NCBI RefSeq assembly: GCF_009914755.1
Contig: NC_060931.1
From: the human T2T-CHM13v2.0 reference genome, Homo sapiens
Length of the DNA: 64,000 nt
Reading direction: 5' to 3' (one strand)
Below, in pieces: positions 34,886 through 47,790 of this stretch (position 1 is its first letter; each line of letters opens with the position of its first letter). The notes under the pieces are model-generated. The model made no database searches, had not been told where the DNA came from, and worked only from the letters and a program-made list of their open reading frames with translations. The position numbers and the translations under genes are program-made.

Positions 34886-36739
34886 TCATTTCTTAGATTT
34901 CCTTGTATTGGGCTTCGCCTTTCTCTGATGCCTCCCTGATTAGCTTAATAACTAACCTCCTGAATTATTTTTCAGGTAAATCAGGGATTTTTTTCTCAGT
35001 TTGGATCCATTGCTGGTGAACTAGTGTGATTTTTGGGGGGCTGCTGAAGAGCCTTGTTTTGTCATATTACCAGAGTTGGGTTTTCTGGTTCCTTCTCATT
35101 TGGGTAGGCTCTGTCAGAGAGAAGGTCTAGGCCTGAAGGCTGTTGTTCAGATTTTTTTGTCCCACAGATTATTCCCTTGATGTAGTACTCTCAGCCTTTT
35201 CCTATGGATGTGCCTTCCTGTGAGCTGAACTGCAATGATTGTTGTCTCTCTTCTGGATCTAGCCACCCAGCAAGTCTAACCAGCTCCTGGCTGGTACTGA
35301 GGGTTCATTGCACAGAGTCCTGTGATGTGAACCATCTACGGGTCTCTCAGCTGTGAATACAAGTGCCCGTCTCAATGGAGGTGGCAGAGGGGTACAATGG
35401 ACTCCATGAGGGTTCTTAGCTTTGGTGGTTTAATGCTCTATTTTTGTGCTGGTTGGCCTCCTGCCAGGAGGTGGCACTTTTCAGAGAGCATCAGCTATAG
35501 TAGTATGGAGAGGGACCAGTGGTGGGTGGGGAACCAGAACTCTCAAGATTATATGCCTTTGTCTTCCATTATCAGGCTGGGTAGGGAAGGACCATCAGGT
35601 GGGGACAGGGCTAGGCATGTCTGAGCTCAGACTCTCCTTGGGCAGGTCTTGCTGAGGCTGCTGTGGGAGATAGGGTTGAGATTCCCAGGTCACTGTAGTT
35701 GTGTACCTAGGAGGATTATGGCTGCCTCTGCTGAGTCATGCAGGTTGTCAGGGAAGTGGAATAAAGCCGGCAGTCACAGGCCTCACCCAGCTCCCATGCA
35801 AACTGAAGGGCCGGTCTCACTCCTGGCCCCGCCCCTTCCCTGCCCCGCTCCCCAACACCGCCTAGTCTGTCTCCAGGCAGTGGGCGAGACAGGCTTGAAA
35901 ACTTGCCCCAGGCTACCCATCTCCCAGCTGCAAAAGAAAAGGGCTTGGTTCTTCCTCCACTTGTGGAGTCTGCTCACTGGATTTGTGACCTTCCCCGAGT
36001 TCTGGCCAGAAGGCTTCTCAACCCATTTGAATTGTTACAAAGTTCAGCTAGAGATTTTCTTCTACCTGTGGAGTTTTACCCCCCAGTTTCTCTGGCCACC
36101 CTCCCAATGGATCCCTGTGGTGCCAGGCAGGAATGGCCTGCTTGGGGACCCAGCAAATTCCCAGAGTTTTTCTCTTGCTTCCTCTACCCCTGTATTTCAC
36201 TTGGCTGTCTAAATTGACTCAGCTTCAGGTAAAGTCAGAAACTTCTCACACAAAGAGTCCTTCAGTTTCTCCAGTGGGGGTGTGTGTTTGGGAGAGGAGG
36301 GTCTTCCTTTCCCACTTCCACAGTTGGGGCAATCACAGTATTTGGCGTGACTCCCAGGTCCTGAAGGAGCAGTCTGCTACCTTCAGAGGGTCTCTCAGGA
36401 TTGCTGGTTTGTCCTTGCAGTCGATCTGGAGCTAAAATTCACAATGTGAGCCTCCACACTCTGCTCTGCCCAGAGCTGCAATCTAGTTCTGCCTCCCGTC
36501 TGCCATGATGATCTAAAGTTGTAGATGTTCTTAACATCAATCAGAAATGTGTTTGAGCAGCCTCCCTTTGGACTAATAGCAAGTTTAATGGCTGCTCAAA
36601 TGGTGCTGGGGTGTGTGGAGGGTCCTGGAAAAAAAAATAGAATATTCTTAGCACTATCTTCTATTTTAAAAGACACTAAAGAAAGAAGTGACCAGAATTA
36701 CATGCATTACAGAGTTTCTCCTTTTTTAAAATTAAAATT

Positions 36740-36905
36740 TTAATTTTTAGAGACAGGTTCCATTCTTTCACCCAGGCTGCCAGTCTGTGGTGCAGTGGTG
36801 CAACCATAGCTCACTGCAGCCTCAAATTCCTGGGCTCAAGTGATCCTCCCACCTTAGACTCCCAAGTAGCTAGGACTACAGGCATGGGCCATTTCACTCA
36901 GCTAA
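36740..36905 (-). mobile_element. Alu monomer (FLAM/AluJ-like)
   Basis: Single arm: ATAGCTCACTGCAGCCTCAAATTCCTGGGCTCAAGTGATCCTCCCACC. Confidence 0.8.
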
Positions 36906-36983
36906 AAGGTTTTCTCTTTTTAATTATATTATTTCATAACTTTCCTTGCTGTGAAATTAAATACTATTAAGTATTATAAATAG

Positions 36984-37296
<313 letters not shown>

Positions 37297-37469
37297 TCTA
37301 TTCTAAATAGTATTTAAATTAAAAAGGCACAAAAGCTGTATGAAGTAGAGTTCTTTGGTTGCAAGCAGCAAACACAAATCAACTTTGGCTAACTTAAACA
37401 AAAAAGGAAATTGCTCGGATATTGTTGCCAGAACCCAAAGATTATCCAAAAGGATGGAGAGCTTAGAAT

Positions 37470-37985
37470 AGTTCCAGGAGAGCTTCCAGGTTGGTGAACA
37501 CATCTACGTGCCTGAGTGGAGGTGGGGCATCCTACCCCACCTCCACAGGCACAGAGGCTCCAGTGCTTGGGACCCTTCTGGACCTTGCCATGTGTATCAC
37601 TTAATCTGGCTTTTCATGTCTATCTTTTATAATATCTTTTGTAATAAACCTACAGGTGAGTGGACTGTTTCCCTGAGTTCTGTGAGCCTTCCTGGCAGAT
37701 TATTGGAATCAAAGGAGGAGGGTCATGGGAACCCTGATTTGTGGCTAGTAGGTGTGAAGCACAGGTGACAACCTGGGACTGGCAATTGGTGTCTGAAGTA
37801 GAGGGCATTCTTGTGAGACTGAGGCCTTAACCTGTGAGATCTGACAGTAGATAGTGTCAGAATTGAATTCAGTTAGAGGACACTTGGTATCTACTGGAGA
37901 ACTGCTTTGCATATGGGGAAAATTCCCCATCCATGTTGTCACAGAATTGTTCTATATTGTGAGAGTACAGAGACAGAGTGTGTGT
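37470..37985 (+). mobile_element. MER21-like LTR fragment
   Basis: GAGAGCTTCCAGGTTGGTGAACACATC, TGTTTCCCTGAGTTCTGTGAGCC and GTGTCAGAATTGAATT motifs. Confidence 0.75.
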
Positions 37986-38139
37986 GTTGCCACCAAACTC
38001 TGCTGCAGAAAATAACTTTTCTTTAGGGGGTAAGAAGTGCTCATTTACTCGTTGCACAAACAGATGTGGAGCCCCTTTTGGGTGCAAGACCTGGCAGATG
38101 ATCTTTTAAATAACGGAAGCCCCAGAGGCAGGATTTTTG

Positions 38140-38228
38140 ACTTTCTTCACAGCTCATACTCAGAGCCTAGAACCACGCCTGGCACAGAGTTGGTGGCCAG
38201 TAAATATTTGTTGGATGAGTAAATGAAT
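38140..38228 (+). mobile_element. L2 3' end
   Basis: GCCTAGAACCACGCCTGGCACAGAG...AATATTTGTTGGATGAGTAAATGAAT. Confidence 0.7.
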
Positions 38229-38459
38229 CTTTCTCACACCCTGTTTTCTCATCAAAGACACTTTGATTCTCAGGACCCTTTACTTGTATTCATGGGGAGG
38301 AATCTGACCACGCCGTGAGGAGGGACAAGTGACGTGCTGAGGAATGAGTGTGACCGCTGCGCACATACCAACTCAGCACCAAAGGGAAGAATCAGATGCC
38401 TGCACTTTGCACTGCTGTGGAAAATCTGACTGGGTTTTAAATGTAAGTAGAGAAAGGGT

Positions 38460-39052
38460 GCTACCCTTTCACTTCCTGTTGCACTGCAATATAATTCTGA
38501 CATTAACCATCTGGAGTTGGTGCCCACAGGTTAAAGGGCATGGTCCCCAGTGAGCCTGCCCCCACTTTAGAGGCCAACCACAAGTGGAGTTCTCGGGGCA
38601 CCTGCACTTTTGACAGACTGGCTCAAGATTCAGAGTTCCCTTGAGAGCCTCAGATAATTCGCTCAAAAGGCTAACAGAACTTAGGAAAGTGCTGTACTTA
38701 TGACTGCAGTTTTATGATAAAGGATACAAATCAAGACCAGCCAGATGAAGGGACACGTGGGGCAAGATTTGGGAGGGAGGCTTCCACAAGCTCTATGCTC
38801 TTTCCCATGGACACGAGGCTTGTCTTCCTCCCGACACAAAGCCACCACCTTCTAATTATTATGTGATTGGTCATTCTGGTGACCAGCCTCCATCCTGAGT
38901 CATCGCATCTTTTACTATAAACTAAAAGAGTTTCTTGGTGTGATCCAAGAGGCTCAAAAGTAACAAAGATACTCCTATGACTTGTGAAATCCCAAGGATT
39001 TCGTGTCGCCCAAGAAGCAGGGACAAAAGGCAGTCAGATTCTTCATTACACA
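38460..39052 (-). mobile_element. MER21/MER77-like LTR
   Basis: AATTCTGACATTAACC, CAGAACTTAGGAAAGTG, TCTGGTGACCAGCCTCCATCCTGA and AAATCCCAAGGATTT, ending ATTACACA. Confidence 0.65.
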
Positions 39053-39100
39053 ATAAGTGTTCTGGTTTTAGAATAGAGTCTTATTTAAAAGCTTGTGAGA

Positions 39101-39747
<647 letters not shown>

Positions 39748-39974
39748 CAGATACTCAGACGACCAGGCCTTCAGTAGTCAAAAATGTAAAGTCTTATTTT
39801 ACAAAGATCAAAGACATAGCTAGCTTGGCATGGGGAGCTTTTATTTGTTTGTCAGCTTTTAATGTAGTGATGAATTCATTCTAAATGTAACCAACCACAC
39901 TGAAAATAAAAGTTTATTTGACTTTAATTTTTAAAGAAGAATATTTCCAGAAATACAGGTAGTGGGAGCCGTTA

Positions 39975-40190
39975 CCATCAGGATGAATAAACACGAATTT
40001 TTTAAGTCTTTGTTACTTGTTCCAGATTCAGATTCCAGGAAGAGACCTTCTGATTGGACTAGCCTGGATCACATGCTCGTTTCTTTGATTTACATCCTCT
40101 CAAGTATATAACCAATGAGTGAAGCATGGCTCTGGAAAGAACAGTTACTGGATGCTTAGTAGGCAAAAACAACAGATATGTGCTTCACCA
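39975..40190 (-). mobile_element. Old MaLR LTR fragment (MLT1K/L-like)
   Basis: TTCTGATTGGACTAGCCTGGATCACATGC and GGATGCTTAGTAGGCAAAAACAACAGAT. A similar fragment lies at ~37340-37440. Confidence 0.55.
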
Positions 40191-42265
40191 AAGCATTTTC
40201 TCTTGCAAAAGTATGAAGTGCCACATAAGTGGCATTTCTGTTGTACCATGCAGAGTGATTCTTGAGCTTGAAATTTTAATTAAGATTCATGAATATGAAG
40301 CTGTGACCTTTATGGCTTTTTTTAAATCTATAGAACTTAGTTCTAGATTCTAATTAATATAGAAATGCAGAGCACCCAAAGAGGCACTTCTGTACCAAAC
40401 AATAATGCTACATAAATGAAAAAAGTCACATGCCTACCTTGAAAACCAGTAAAAGGCAAACTGTTTTCCAAAATCACATGTTAAAAACTTTAAAAAATAT
40501 ACAGCATAGTTTTGTTCAAATTATGTGGAGGATTAGGGAGGGAGCTATAAACTTTTCATGACTTCAAGTCTTTAAAGTCAACCCTCGCAAAAAAAGGAGG
40601 CAGAGATATGAGTTGGGAGATGGTTGCAGCAGTCTGATTATGCAATCATGCCACTTTAAATTAAGAAAATGAATTAGTGACAACTAAAATGAACATAAAT
40701 AGTCAAGAAATATTTTGGACATGGGATTTATATGATTCTACATTGCAAATAATTTTAGAGGTAAGAATCTGTCATGATTGTAATACTACTACTAAGTATT
40801 TGCTTTTAAAATCCTCTTATCTGGTAACCATAAAATGTCCTTCTGAGTAAGAGTAACATTATTATTCCAACTCTGCAAATAAAAAAAAACTGCACATATT
40901 TGTGATCTATCTAAGGTGAAAAATCAAATCCTATCCCCTTCCTGATTCTCAACTTGTTTTATATTGTACAGCACATGTGGCATCTCATTTTTCTACATTT
41001 TTCTTAACTATAGGTTTTCAAGGCATTTGCATGTACTCTGCTATCTCCAAAATCAAGAAACATGTGTTCATCCATCTGCTTAAAATCTCCTCCTTTTAAA
41101 AATGATGTCCATTTTGGAATAGGTGACAACTGCATATGTGTTTTGAATGAGGAAATGGCAGAATATCACCGAAACAGGACCTTTTCAAAAGACTACTTGG
41201 AAATGCTATTCCTTTTATATCTATTTTGTCATATTTTGTTCATTCTGCTAGTAGTTAAGAACAGTGATAATTTTCATGAAAAATGTTTGCTAGGGAAGAA
41301 ACCAATCATGATTTCTTTTACCACTTCAACTATACAGAGACTCTACAATTGCAAAAGACAGATGGCAGAAACCATGCTTGCTCCACCAAAAACATGAGGT
41401 TCCTTAGCATTTGTTTAATTAAATATGGCTGCTTCGACAGCTTCTAAACCAATGTTTTGAAGAAACATTTGAACTCTTTAAAAAAATGTATTCGTTTCAT
41501 TTTATTTGCACAGTTGATGCCAAGTTTTTAACCAACTCTCTTTCCAGAGCTAAAATAATATCCAGGAGAGCTCAAAAAAATTATGTGAAACACAGATTGA
41601 CTACAGAGTATTTAGAGTTGGGATTTGGGTTCAGCTCTGGGTGCTCACTGGTTCATATTTAGCACTTGCTGGTGGCATTTACAGTTTGCCTTCTAGCCAT
41701 TGGAATGCACACCCAGAAAAATCCAATTGCTGAGGTTATGACGCTTGTTGGAGGGATTTAGTGGATTAGACTAGAGGAAACAGGATTTTGGTTCCTGGCT
41801 CTGTTAGTCATTGTCTGTGTGACTTCAGACAAGTTAGCTTCTTTGTGCATCCCCATACCCCCCACACCTTAACACCTCCCCACTCCCCACAACAATGAAA
41901 GGGGCAGTGAAAAACAGAAGGGAAGAACATAGTACTAACTTACATTTCAGGGCCAACATAAGTAACAATTGATGCTTCATGATACTTGGTCTCTTTGTGA
42001 TCAAAATATAAGCAGAAAGAGTACACTAAAAAGACCAAATAACCAAGAGGTAATCTTATGTAATCACTCCTTTTGTTTACACTTTCAGAGAAGTCTTTTA
42101 TTGTATACTTCTCTGCACTGTTAAGCTTCAAGTTTTCAAAATTCATTTCAATCAACTTCTCATGGTTTACATCTCTCTGAACACTATAAGCTGAAAGTAT
42201 ATCTCTTAAAAGAGATACTTTTCCATTTTTTGTGCAAATGTTTTTATTGTTCTACTTCAATCCAG

Positions 42266-42311
42266 ACACATTTTACTCAGAGGAAAAGATAATAATGGCT
42301 GATGTGTCAAG
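42266..42311 (+). other. Candidate 46-nt exon
   Basis: TTTTTATTGTTCTACTTCAATCCAG| acceptor and AAG|GTAAGT donor in unique sequence. One open frame (TFYSEEKIIMADVS) includes an ATG in strong Kozak context (ATAATGG). Confidence 0.45.
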
Positions 42312-43103
42312 GTAAGTTTTGTTTGGACATGCATTAAAGATACAACTTAATGTTTTCATAAAATACTGTATACAATAGATCTCAAACAATGCTTGCTTTT
42401 AACAGATGCCTGGTTCTAAAAGGGAGCATTAGTTTTTATATGTAGGAAGTTAAGCACTTGATAATTGATCACCTTCAAGTACATTCTGTCTTTTACAAAT
42501 GGTCATTTTGTGATAAGCTGTTCCACAATTCCCTTTAGCTCAGGAGAATTTATACCCAATTGAAGGTGTGGAAATACACTGAACCCCATACGCTATGATG
42601 TCTAAAGTTAGAAGACTGTGTAGTTTTCCTGAGTCTGTTTCAGGAATTTGTATTGGGCAGTGATGTTTGTTGCTCCCAGCTCAACTAGGGATGACTCCAT
42701 CCACCAGCATAATGGGTTGGGCATATGACCAAAACCTTGAAAATGAAGGTACTACTCTATCCTTTACCTATGATGACTGGTCAAGAGTGTGTGTGTGTTT
42801 TCGTATCCAATCTAGTGATCATCAGTTTGGGAAAGAGAATTTATTTTTGCCAGCATTACTATGCTGGTAGGATGTAAGCCCAGCACTAATGTTGCAATAT
42901 CCTATTAATTTTTTAAAGGTATATACGTATATACAAAGACAGTCTACTAAAGAGGTATTAAAAAATGATTAGTAAATGTTTAGTCTTACTAGTAATCAAA
43001 GAAATGCAAATTAAAACAATAAGGTACGATTTACTTTTTGAATTGGGAAATGATTAATTAATTGATAATTAAGTGACAAATTTGTGTTGGAAAGGATGCT
43101 GTA

Positions 43104-43476
43104 TGCTATGGTTTGAATGTGTCCCCCAAAAGTTCATGTGTTGGAAAATTAGTTGCCATTGTGGTAGTGTTGAGAGGAGGGCCTTTGGGAGTCAATGAGG
43201 TCATGAAGGCTACTCCCTTATGAATGGATTACTTTTCTTATTGTGAGAGTGATTTAGTTATTGTGGGAGTGGCTTTGTTAGAAAAGCTAATTGTCTCTCA
43301 CACTTACTTTCTTGCCCTCTGTCTTCTGCTCTTCCACCTGTGATGACCCTCACCAGATGCCAGGTGTCATACTCTTGGACTTCCCAGCCTCCAGAACCAT
43401 GAGCCTAGTAAACTTTTCTTTATAAATTACCCAGTCCTTGATATTCTGTCATAGCACCAGAAAATGGACCAAGACA
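43104..43476 (+). mobile_element. MST (MaLR) solo LTR inserted in an old L1M fragment
   Basis: TGCTATGGTTTGAATGTGTCCCCC...GGACCAAGACA. TSD CTGTA/CTGTG. The upstream flank has the L1M-type AAATGCAAATTAAAACAATAAGGTAC. Confidence 0.9.
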
Positions 43477-43990
43477 CTGTGAAATGCTCAAGTTTGTGGA
43501 CTAGAAATTTCTGTAACATTTTTTAAGAGCAATTTGAAAATATCAATTTTTTTAAATCAATATCATATTATTTGTCCTAAGGGGAATATATCCTAAGGAA
43601 GTAATTCTAAATGTGGGAGTTTGAAGCACAAAACCAGAAACAACTAATATCCAGAAGTAAGAAAATAATAAGCTAATTATAGTAGATACATTGGGAGAAA
43701 CATTTAAGTATTAAGTGAAGAATGCAGGATACAAAATTGTAAGCACATGGCTCCTTAATGATATATAGCGTACAAGTGATTTGTTCCATAATTTGCATAG
43801 TATTTTTCTTTACAAATATATTAAGTGAAATCATGATTGTGCATGTTTAATATATTTTTCCCATGCTCTAAATATTAATGTACTCTCTCAGCCAATGACA
43901 CCTAGTGGGCTGTATTATTAGGCCAAGGAGGACTAGGGCTCTGCTATCCCAAATTGAGAGTACTGTGTAGTAGATACTGTTTATTCTTTT

Positions 43991-44293
43991 TATTTTATGT
44001 TTTATTTTTTGAGACAGAGTCTCACTCTGTTGCCCAGGCTGGAGTGCAGTGGCACAATCTCAGCTCAGTGCAACCTCTGCCTTTTGGGTTCAAGGTATTC
44101 TCCTGACTCAGCCTCCTGAGGAGCTGGGATTACAGGTGCATGCCACCACACCTGGCTAGTTTTTTATATTTCTGGTAGAGACAGGGTTTCACCATATTGG
44201 CCAGGCTGGTCTTGAACTCCTGACCTCAAGCAATCCACCCATCTCAGCTCCCCAAAATGTTGGGATTACAGAGGTGAGCCACTGTGCCCGGCA
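43991..44293 (-). mobile_element. AluS (Sx/Sz-like)
   Basis: Perfect 17-bp TSD ATACTGTTTATTCTTTT (43974-43990 / 44294-44310). Confidence 0.95.
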
Positions 44294-44597
44294 ATACTGT
44301 TTATTCTTTTAGGGGCTCTCTTTCTCCCATTTAGCTTGTATTTAGTGAATAGTTTTTATTCAAAATGACTGACAAAAATGGTGCAAGTGATAGTGGAACA
44401 ATTGTTTCCAAGAATCTGATACTAAAACTCAGGTTTTCTGGAAAACTGAGGAGTCTTCAGAGAAACGGTGAGGTGACAAATTAAAAAAAAGAGTAGGAGA
44501 TTAGGAATTATTGGAAATCCTTAAACTTTTTGCAATTATATAAACATAATTGCAAGTAAATAAACGTTTTAAAGGCAGAATTCCTCTTACTCTTTGT

Positions 44598-46040
44598 GGA
44601 GCTGACTACATAATTTGTAAAGCCTAGTGCAAAATAAAAATGGGGAGCCCTTGTCAAAAATCAGGGAGGAAAGCACCGTATTAGTCCATTTTCACACTGC
44701 TATAAAGACATACCCGAGACCAAGTAGTTTATAAAGGAAAAAGGTTTAATTGACTCACAGTCACACATGGCTGGGGAGGCCTAAGGAAACTTACAATCAT
44801 GGTGGAAGGCGAAGGAGAAGCCAGGCACATCTTACCATGGTGAAGTAGGAGAGAAAGAGAGTGAGGGGGGACCTGACAAACACTTTTAAAGCATCTAATT
44901 TCATGAGTATTCACTTAGCATCATGAGAACACCATGGAGGAAACCGCCCCCATGATCCAATCAATCCCACTAGTCCCTCCCTCAAGACATGGGAATTACA
45001 ATTCAAGACGAGATTTGGGTGGGGACACAGAGCCAAACTATATCAGTAGGTATGAAGCTTTTTTCCTTCTTCCATGGTGTCCCTCTCAAACTTTTCTTGG
45101 TGTTTTTATTTGCTATTTAATGTCATTCTAAGTAAAGAAAAATTTAGATATTAAATGTTTATTACAAATTTTCCATTTATTTTTATATTGTGTAGTGCCA
45201 GTTTTAAATGCAAATGTCAGAGCACCGTATAAAAGTGAACACACAATTTCCTGCCTCTAGTGGGCCAGAAGAGACAAATATGAACCATACTCGGGAAAGG
45301 TGGAAAGAGGAAGAGAAGATTCCTCTCAGGCATGGAGTAGAGGGTACTTGTGGGGTGAGTGTGAATCCTCACAGCTGCACAAGGACATGCGTGCTTGGTA
45401 CTGAGTCAGTTACCAGGTTCTGCTCCTGCCAGCCATGAACCCATACAACTCAGTGGGGCTAGGGTCTATGGAAATTGAGAGTGCTGCCTCAATCCACATG
45501 AGATGGGTGATCCCCAAGCATCTTTAAACCTCAGGGCTGAAATGTGCTCAGGATCTAGGTGGGATAGGGGAGAGGCTGCCCCCGCCTCCCACCCAGCCCA
45601 CCTAGATGCAGCCTCTGATGGGCTGCTCAACAGAGGTATGGGCAGTGGTGCTGTCAAACCAGGGCTCAGGGGCTGCCACCATGCCCTATCCTGAGATGTC
45701 AGAATGCAGATACCTAACTCTATCCTCTTTATGTTACCCCCATGCTCCCGCCAGGAGCAGAGGATGGCAGTCATTGTAGGGAGGAGAGGGGGAAATGAAC
45801 TGGGGTGGAGAATGACAGGGAGTAAGGGAGCAGACTCCTGAGAGCCTCTCCAGGGCAGGTAGAGGGAGGCAGGACCATGTGAAGCTGAAGCTCCAAGGTC
45901 CTGACGCATGCTCCATTGTCCCATTGGACTTCACTCACAAAATCCATATTCAAAGATAATGTTATTAAGAATTTCAAGGCAGCAACCACAGAGCGTTAAA
46001 ACACAACTGTGGGGCCCTGTGTGACTGCCCTGGTTCCACC
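44598..46040 (+). mobile_element. hAT-Tip100 element (MER45B-like), interrupted by THE1
   Basis: CTACATAATTTGT...CCTAGTGCAAAATAAAAATGGGG 5' end and TTATTAAGAATTTCAAGG...GGGGCCCTGTGTGACTGC 3' end, with a GC-rich interior. Confidence 0.7.
44677..45045 (-). mobile_element. THE1 (C/D-like) MaLR solo LTR
   Basis: GTATTAGTCCATTTTCACACTGCTATAAAGACATACCCGAGAC...GAGATTTGGGTGGGGACACAGAGCCAAACTATATCA. Confidence 0.92.
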
Positions 46041-46225
46041 GTCTATCTATGTGAAAGAGTACTTTGGCTGCTCTTGCTGCAGTCTTCCAGTTTTAGGATA
46101 TGTGTTTCTAGTCTAGGTCACATTTTTCTCCCTCTGTATGCCTACAGAGTTCAAAGATTATGTAGCCTAGCTTAGTACTTGTTTAAAAAACATTACCCAA
46201 ATAAAACCAACTGGACATCAATTAG

Positions 46226-46654
<429 letters not shown>

Positions 46655-47644
46655 TATGTATCTCTTTTTATCCCTTCAACCCCCTTGGTGCCTAACAAGT
46701 CACTTGAGTCTTTTATTCATGATAGTGATAACATGGTATGTTAAGTTTGCTCTCTCTAAATGAGATAGCTACCTTTTTTAGAAAAATAAATGCCCAGGTA
46801 GCGTTTAATAACTATTTGTGACTTCATTATGAAAGGTATTGAGCCACATAATCTTTAAGTTGGAAGGGAGATGGGAGATCACCACTGGCTTTGCACAACT
46901 AGTCCAAAATCACACAATTTCTTATTGACAGGTCCAGATCTAGAAACCATGTCTCCTAATTTTCAGTTCAAATGCTCTTTATAAGACACAATACTGTTTC
47001 TGCAAAAAGTGTAATTAGCAATCTATTTTGAAATCTCATATGCTCAGGGCTAGTTGTACCATATACAATAAGGAGATGATTTAAGTTATATCTGAGAAAG
47101 AAGGAACAAATTTTGAGAAAGAGAGTTAGACATGATTCATTAGCAACATGAGAAGGATAATGAGAAAAAGAAATGGCTTATCCACATGATGTGAATAATA
47201 CTGCTGTTTGTATTTTCCTGTTAAGTCTCTATTGCCTCCATGTGGATTATTATTTGTGGTCTGGAAATGGAAAATGTGAATTCCAAACCAGCTTCCTCCT
47301 CTATCATTCTCCACCTGGCTAACAGCTTTCCTTTACCATCCTTAATGCTAATATTAACATTAATCTGCTGTTTCTCAAAAGATAACATCAGTTAATTTCT
47401 CTAATTATTCAGTGCAATTAACACATTTTTGCTGAAAAAATGTACACTATGTTAGATGATGCAGAGTATATAAAAATAATTAAACTAACAACAAAACAGT
47501 CCCATTTTCAAAGAGCCAAAGAACAAAGAAAGGGGCAGGAGGTCTATTTGCTATTTTCTTTAATCCAGGCCACTGCCACCTCTTATTATGACTAACCAAA
47601 AGCTGAGATGTAATAGAAGAAAACAAACCCCCTAATGGGAAAGC

Positions 47645-47790
47645 AGGGGACATGATATCTAGTTCTTGCTTAGCTTTTAATTAGCTATATGACCTTGGGC
47701 AGGTCATTTAATCATATTGGATTCCCCATTTTTTTCATCTCTAAAATGAGAGGTTTGGATGGGAAGTAACTTCAAAGCTCCCTTCAAAGT
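47645..47790 (+). mobile_element. MIR fragment
   Basis: AGCTATATGACCTTGGGCAGGTCATTTAA...TTTTCATCTCTAAAATGAG. Confidence 0.75.

Noticed and set aside
35397-36435. Cluster of GC-rich ORFs including the 187-aa ORF at 35649
   Set aside because: These lie antisense within the L1PB1 5' UTR. ORF length is explained by GC content and there is no recognisable protein.
45466-45989. GC-rich stretch with overlapping ORFs, possible exon or CpG island
   Set aside because: It falls inside the MER45-like transposon, is CpG-poor, and has no convincing splice pair.
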